Shown: positions 57,402 to 64,000 of the stretch, one piece after another | How positions within the stretch are numbered: the stretch's first letter is position 1 | How the letters are laid out: each line of letters begins with the position of its first letter | From: Amoebidium appalachense | Lineage: Eukaryota; Protista; Ichthyosporea | Direction of reading: 5' to 3' | Length of the DNA stretch: 64,000 nt | NCBI GenBank assembly: GCA_963693365.1 | Contig: CAVNZM010000005.1 | Location: 1,054,001 to 1,118,000, forward strand | The notes under the pieces: generated by a model | The model's database searches: none | What the model was told of the DNA's origin: nothing | Seen by the model: the letters and a program-made list of their open reading frames with translations, nothing else | Program-made: the position numbers and the translations under genes

Positions 57402-60296
57402 GTGTACCCGTGAGCATTTTGTCCAGGACTCTAGCCATATCCACATACTGGGCCCTAGCATCCATGTCCCCCTCAGAGCCACCACTCAGTGCCCGATGCA
57501 GCTGACGCAGATGCTCCTGGCCCTCACCAATCAGAGACAGCCGCACCGCCTTCATGACCTTGTAGTCCAATGATGCGGAGTCCCTATGGCCATATATGGT
57601 TAGTGGCTCGTGAATCCACATCTTGATCAATATGATACACGCTCCGCTCCCCCCGCCCCCCTCCCCCCCCCCCAGTCCCCCCACGCACACACCTCACTCA
57701 AGCATCCCCCTTAACCCTCATACTGTCTTCCAACCCCCGTATTCCTTAGCACGTCTCCCCCCCCCCCCCCCCCCCCCCCCTCCCCCCCCCGGGCGTCGCA
57801 GCGGCCATTTTACCCCACCCTCCCATTACCTCCTATATAAAGCAAAAGACACCCCATGCGCACAAATAAGAGGCATTGGGCATTCATCCACGGTGCAAGG
57901 CCGGGCAAAGGCAACAGCAAGCACCCACTCACCGTGTGCTTGCATTGCCCTCCTCCATAACCGAACCATCTGATTGGCCAGCAACTCTGTCCCCATCACA
58001 CCTCTTGCACACACCCAGTGCCTCTGCCCTTACGTAAGCCAGCTGGGCCTGAGCCAATAGGATCCTGGGTAGGGTGGCCGTACAGCGATGGCTATTGGCT
58101 GTTGCCAGGGACAGGATCAGTCGTGCACGTGCCTCCTTGTATGCCGTGTGCAGGCGGGTCTCTAGCTCCCCCCAGCCCTCCTTCTCCTCCTTTCCTCCTA
58201 CCCTACTGGTCCGTCCGAGAATCGATGCGCGTGCCGACACCGCCAAAGTATAAGTGCGGCCCAGGATAAGGAGGGACCGGCAGAGGGGCTGCTGGTCGGG
58301 CATTGGGGGGGCCAAATTCACGTCCAGATTGTGCCGGTAAAGCGCCGCTTCTGCCGCCTGTGTGTGTGTGTGTGTATTGTCATTTTGTGTGTGTGTGGGT
58401 GGGTGTGTTGGTGCATGTGTGTGTGTGGCATGTGTGTGCGCGCATGTCTGTGTCAGTGTAAGAGAAAGGTCAATACGGGGTGGGGGGGGGGAGGAGGGGG
58501 GAGGGGGAATGGGAGACTGATTATGTTTGATGCAGAGTGTGTGTGTTTGTCACCCTGAGATGGGCCCCCCATGCCGCGCCGGGGGAGGGGGGAAAGGGGG
58601 GGGGGGGGGGGGGGGGGGGAGGGAGCGTTATATAGCAAAAGATATCAGGGCACAGCCGACGGATGTGCTTCTAATAATGTGTCTATGGAAGAGGTGGGTG
58701 AAAGGGAAGGGCGGCCAAAAACTGAGGGAGGGGAAGGGGGGGGGGTGGGGGGGGTGGGGGGGGGGGAGAGGGGGATTAGTGCGAGAGCCTGAGGTGAGGT
58801 TGTGTTAGCGTGTGCCTGGTGTGTGGGGAACTATGCTTGCACGTGCACATGCGTGTTGGGCTGGGCAAGAGTGCAGTGTGGCTATCAGGTTAGGGTCTGT
58901 TGACACCTGAGGGGAGGCAAGGGATGATGATTATGATGTCATATTTGGGGGATGGGGGGGGGGGGGGGGGGGGGGGGGGGATATTAAATGGCATTGGTGG
59001 TGCAGAAGGTGGGTCAATCGGGTAAAGGAAGCCCACCTGGTGCATCTGTTTGCTGGGAGGGTTTCGGCAATACGTCACAGTACCCTCTGCAGCCTTCATA
59101 GCATCCCCCACCAACCTAAAAACCCCCGCTCCATCCTTGTCCTCGTCGATGCTTGGACCCCCCTCTGCGCAATTTCCAATTTTTCCTCCGCAATCTTGAT
59201 TTTGTCCTGTGCCGCCAGTAGATATTTCCTATCAGCCAATTGGATTGCCGCATGGTTGATAAACCGCCCATACCGTCGCACATTCCAAATGGGGGCACGG
59301 CAAGAAATGCACAACTTGGGGGGGCTGTGCTTGGAGGGAAGGGGGGCTGGAGAGGTGAAGTCGCCGGTGGTCGGGTCACAAATGTAGGCACCTGCAGAAG
59401 GGGAGGGGGGGGGGGAGGGGGGGGGGGGGGGGGCAGTTGGGGAATGTCGGCAGGGCATGGCTTATTTATGCCTGCCTGGAGATAATGGTTGGGGTAGCCT
59501 TCTTATTTTAAAACAATATCTGTTTTCTTTCTTTCTTAAAAGGCTATTTCATCTCTTTTCTCTTTCTCCAACCTGCCCCCCCCCCCCCCCCTCCCCCCCC
59601 CCCCCCCCCCCCCCCCCGCCTCTTGGACTCACCTCAAACCCCTGCCTTCCCCGTTCATCCCCCCCCCCCCCTCCCCCCCCCCCCCCCCCCCCCCCCCCTC
59701 CCCCTCCTCCTCCTCCTTTCCCTTCCCCCTTCTCCCTCCGTCCCGGGCCCACTTGCACTCTCTCTCAACCCGTTGGATATAGTTCGTTCAGAAGCATTTA
59801 AACCCAAAAGATTTACATGTTACAACCCCCCTCCCCCCCCCCCCCCCCCCCGGCGTTCTTATCCCCTGCCAACCCCCCCCCCCCCCCCCCCCGAGTCCCC
59901 CCCCCCACACACACGACAAGATAGCCATATGAGGCTATTCTTACCCTGATCGCCAGCCAATCCCAGGTGGGCATCCAGTGTCTCCACCGTGAAGCAGTGC
60001 CCACACGGCAGCGCCACCAGGGGGCTGCTGTCGGGGTCATCTTGGTCATAGTCCCGTAGTGACGTCATCAGGTACACGTCAACCACCCAATCAGCTGCCC
60101 TCCCGCCCTTTTCTTTTGCGCAAACGGGGCATGCCACATCCGGGTCGGGGCAGATTTCCCCACACAGGGAAGGGCAGCGGTGGCCGCATGAAAGTGAGCG
60201 AGGGCAGCGCTCGTTGCAGGGCAGGCGGATGCAGGGGGCACCACAGGGGAGAGGGCACGGACCTTGATGGGGGCAGGTCTGTGTGTGCGTGTGCAC

Positions 60297-60354
<58 letters not shown>

Positions 60355-61271
60355 GGGGAGGGCAGGGTAGAGGGTTCCCCGGGGGGGGGGGGGGGGGGAT
60401 GAAAGAAAAGAGGAGGGCGAGGGAGGAAAGCGGGAAAGGGGACAGGGACAGAGAAGTGTGAGGAAGACATGAGGTGCTGACAGAGGGGGAGGGGGGGGGG
60501 GGGGGCTATCAGAGGGGCGAGGGTTAGGGGGGGGGGGGGGGGGGGGGGGGGTTGTAGGCGTTAGGAACGGTAATCAGTCCGCTGCTTCCGTCCATTCTGC
60601 CTCCTTAACCCCATACCAATCGCCGTACATTTCGTGGGACGGTAATAAAACAATTTTTTCTGCCCCATAAAATGCTCTATACTATCGGCAACAAACAACC
60701 ATCCACTCACACACCACCAATCCTCCTATTCCCCCCACCCCACCTACCCACAAACACTGTTCGGCACATGTTGGGCACGGGTCACGGCACTTCTTCCCAC
60801 ACTTGCTGTGTGCACACTTGACCTCACAGTTGCGGGTGCAGGGGGGGCAGGGGGTGTTCGGATGGCAGCTGGCCGAACAGGGGTGACCACACAGGTGCAG
60901 GCGGCCACACAGGGACTTGCATTGCATGTGGTGGGTTCTGGTGGTGGATGCTTTGTTGCCTGGGGGTTGGATTGAGAGTGTGTGTGTGTGTGTGAGGTTG
61001 AGGGGGGGGGGGGAGGGGAGGGCGGGGGAGAGGGAGGGGATGGGGAAGAGGAGGTTGAGAATGAAGGGAGGAGGGAAGAGGGAAAAAAACCCGTGGGGAA
61101 AAGACGCAGAGGGTTTCAGACTCCAGTTTTTGGTCTATCACACGGCACCTAAGACGAACAATAACTTACGGGCTGGAAGCCAACGATTGCACCTTTGGCA
61201 AGGGTAACGACTAGGGGCTGGGGGGAGGGGGGGGGGGAGGCACAGGTTGGTGGTGGTGGTGCTGGTGGTGG

Positions 61272-61307
<36 letters not shown>

Positions 61308-62111
61308 GCACCTGATTCACGGTGGGTCACAGCAAAGCATGCACCGCACTGGGAGGCACACACGTGGCCACAGGGCAGGGCCAGGCCACACTGGGCCACA
61401 CACAGGGTCGGGTCGGCCCGTAAAGCCTTGGCCCGTGGGCATGGCAGGGTGGCCTCATGGGTGCAGTGGGGGGCTATGAGGGTGACTCTGGTGCGGCATT
61501 GGACGGTGGATAGAATGGATGTGTCACAGCAGGCCACTGATTGGCTGTGGCTGCAGGGCAGGGTGACATTAACCCTCTCACGGCAGGGGGGGCATGGTAG
61601 ACCGCAGATCTGCTCGCATGGGTGCTTGCAGGTCTGTGCATGGCGGCATGGGGGGATGGGGGGAGGGGGGGGGGGGGGAGAATGGGTGTGGGGGGGGGGG
61701 GGGGGTAGGTTTATGGATGTTAGGGCGATGATACGATACGAAGAAGAGACGAGAGTGTATGGGGGAATGGGTTGATGGTGGGTTGGGGGGGTGGGCGGAA
61801 GGGAAAGGGGGGGGAGGGGAGAGAGGGGGAGGGGGAGGCTGGGTGGGGGTGGGGTTGGGCGGGTGGGGAGGTGGGTGGGTGGGTGGGGGGGGGATGGATC
61901 GGCGTTTTTATGAGCATATCATCTGCTGTACGAGACACGGACCCAGAGCACATAAGACAATTCGAAAACGGGGGGCAAGGGGGAGGAGGCGGGGGGAGAA
62001 GGAAGGGGGGGGGAGGGGGGGGGATTCGCAACACACACACATGCAGACCTCAACCGACACCCACACCCACACCCACCTGACACCCACCCACCCTCACACA
62101 CGTCAACCCCC

Positions 62112-62167
<56 letters not shown>

Positions 62168-63664
62168 ACCCTTGGGCGCATGCACCTAGCCGGGCACACC
62201 ACAGTCACATGGCCTCTATCTGTCGGGTGGCACCTTCTAGGGCACGTGTGCCCACAGCCCATCCGGTAGCCACACCCCTCACTGCAGCCGCCATCCACCA
62301 CAAATGTGCGAAAATCTTCCGGCCGATTGATCTTTGTGACCTTTTCTGGGTGGTTGTCGCATCTCAACGGGAGAGATCGGCCGAAATTTCCGGAATCTTC
62401 GAGCATGTCTAGGATTTGAGGCCACAGATTGGGTGGCTTTCTGCGGGCACGCAAAGTGGCAGAATTGCCGAAGATGTACATGCCGTGCATGGCGCGGGAT
62501 AGGAGGACGTTTGTGCGATTGGGCGTGCGCAGGAATCCGATCTGGCCTAATCGGTTGTTGCGGACCAATGAGATGATCACAACCTTGGCCTCCTCCCCCT
62601 GATTGGTGGAAGTTCGGTTAGGAATTTGGGTGGGTATCTTGGAGGTGAAGGGGTTACCCTGCTATTTTAGGCAGCTGAAGGCTTGTAGGTATTTTAGAGC
62701 ATCCAATACAGCTGGGGAATGGGTGGTGGATTGATTGTGTAGCTGGGGGAGAGGGGGGGGGGGGGGGGGCAGATTGTCCGGCAATTTTGGATAACCAGGC
62801 CTGGAGTTCATAAATTCATAAAGAGATATCACCAAAGGGGCATGTTGTGGTCATGGATAGGGTGTGTGTGTGTGTGTGTTTCTAATTGTGTGCTTGTGTG
62901 TTTCTTTTTTTTTTGAGGATGGGGAAGGGGGGGGGGGGAGGGGGAGGAAGGAGGGAGACGGGGGGGGGGGGGGGGGAGGAAGGAGGGAGGGGGGGGGGGA
63001 GGGGGGGGGGGGGGGAGGGGGGAGCGCTTAAAGGCTTTCTGACCTGGAAATTGTCGATGGTAGCCATCCGAACTTGGTTCCGCAATGTTCCCTCCACCAC
63101 GGTTCCCTCATCTTTCACCATCCTCCTGACCCCCCTCTTACCAGTTGTCTTTGAAATTTCATCCGTTGAACCCCCCTCCTCCTTTTCCTCCAAATCAGCC
63201 ATTGTAGCCGCATCCCTCTCATCCACAAACACCATCGTTTCCTTCTGTAATTCCTTGCGTAATTCCATCAGTTGACCCACGTACGGGGTGAGAATTGCAA
63301 TGTCCCCCGGTTCGTACCCTTTCTGCTGCAGCAGGTACCGGGTTAATCCGACCACCCACCTCACTTCTGATTGGTTCCTCTTCGATCTCCCATCACCCTC
63401 GTCCCCCTCCCCATCCTCCTTTCCATCGTGGTCGAGAAAGTAAAGAGGACACTCCATGCCGTTAACGGGGGGGTAGGTTTCCACCTGGGGGTGATCTTCC
63501 AAATTTGGGTAAATCGATTTCCTAATGAGGCGGCTGATGGTGGGGCGCATTCTCCTCTGTGTGGTGAGGGTGGCTACAGGGTAGTTTTTATTATTAGCCA
63601 GGCGCTCAAACAGGGATACATCGAGGTCATAGCCCTGCCGACTCTCAACACTCAGCTCGTACAC
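56264..63664 (-). CDS. ZNFX1: ZNFX1-like UPF1/SF1 RNA helicase with NF-X1 zinc fingers, split RING-like region and C-terminal RZ finger (3' part; gene continues beyond the window)
   Basis: LDVSLFERL..LTTQRRMRP, IAILTPYVGQL, ATIDNFQGEEA, IISLVRNN..IGFL..NRTNVLLSRAMHGMYIFGN; multiple CGH.C..CH repeats; LPCGHCFTVETLD..CISCRAPI..VRRYGR; GHWFTCPNGHAYVIGDCGGAMERSRCPECGAVIGG. Confidence 0.93.
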
Positions 63665-64000
63665 CTGTGTGGGCGGTTAAGGTAGTGCCATTGGTTTGTG
63701 TGTGAGAGAGAGGTGCTAGTGGTGGTGTGGGGGGGGGGGAGGGAGAAGGAGGACTCCGGGTCAGAGAGCCCGGGGGTGGCGGGTGGAGGGGGAGAGGGGG
63801 GAAGGGGAAAGGGGAAGATAGATTTTGCAGGTAAGATGATAGGTTAGTGATTTGCAAGAAAATTATGCAAGACATTTATTCACATGGTTTACACCCAACT
63901 GGTGATCAGAATGCCCAATCCACGCCTATCTCCCATGCATCCTTTCACCCTTCCCCGCATTCTTATGGAATGGAAATTTTGCATTCCCACCAGTACCGTA

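Noticed and set aside
60606-60680. TTAA|CCCC possible piggyBac end
   Set aside because: No matching inverted end found nearby.

Overview
Eukaryotic, intron-rich genomic DNA, probably from an opisthokont protist (taxon is inference only). It is saturated with (CA)n/(GT)n, (CT)n and poly-C/poly-G tracts, so almost all ORFs in the supplied track are artefacts. Manual splicing gives seven genes: a decayed pseudokinase with triplicated acidic exons (-), TMEM41-like (+), mitochondrial-type TatD (-), NUDT9-like (+), a MARK/Par-1 kinase (-), an unnamed coiled-coil + PD-(D/E)xK nuclease (+), and the 3' half of a ZNFX1-like helicase with an RZ finger (-). Also present are several TIR-bounded elements, including a 2.4-kb AT-rich island. 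The most striking feature is a ~240-nt intronic repeat family (5 copies, all in the sense orientation of their host gene). It contains all hammerhead ribozyme core nucleotides and three pairable stems with compensatory changes, but the three strands are in a non-circularly permuted order. It is a candidate rearranged-hammerhead, retrozyme-like element; activity is untested.
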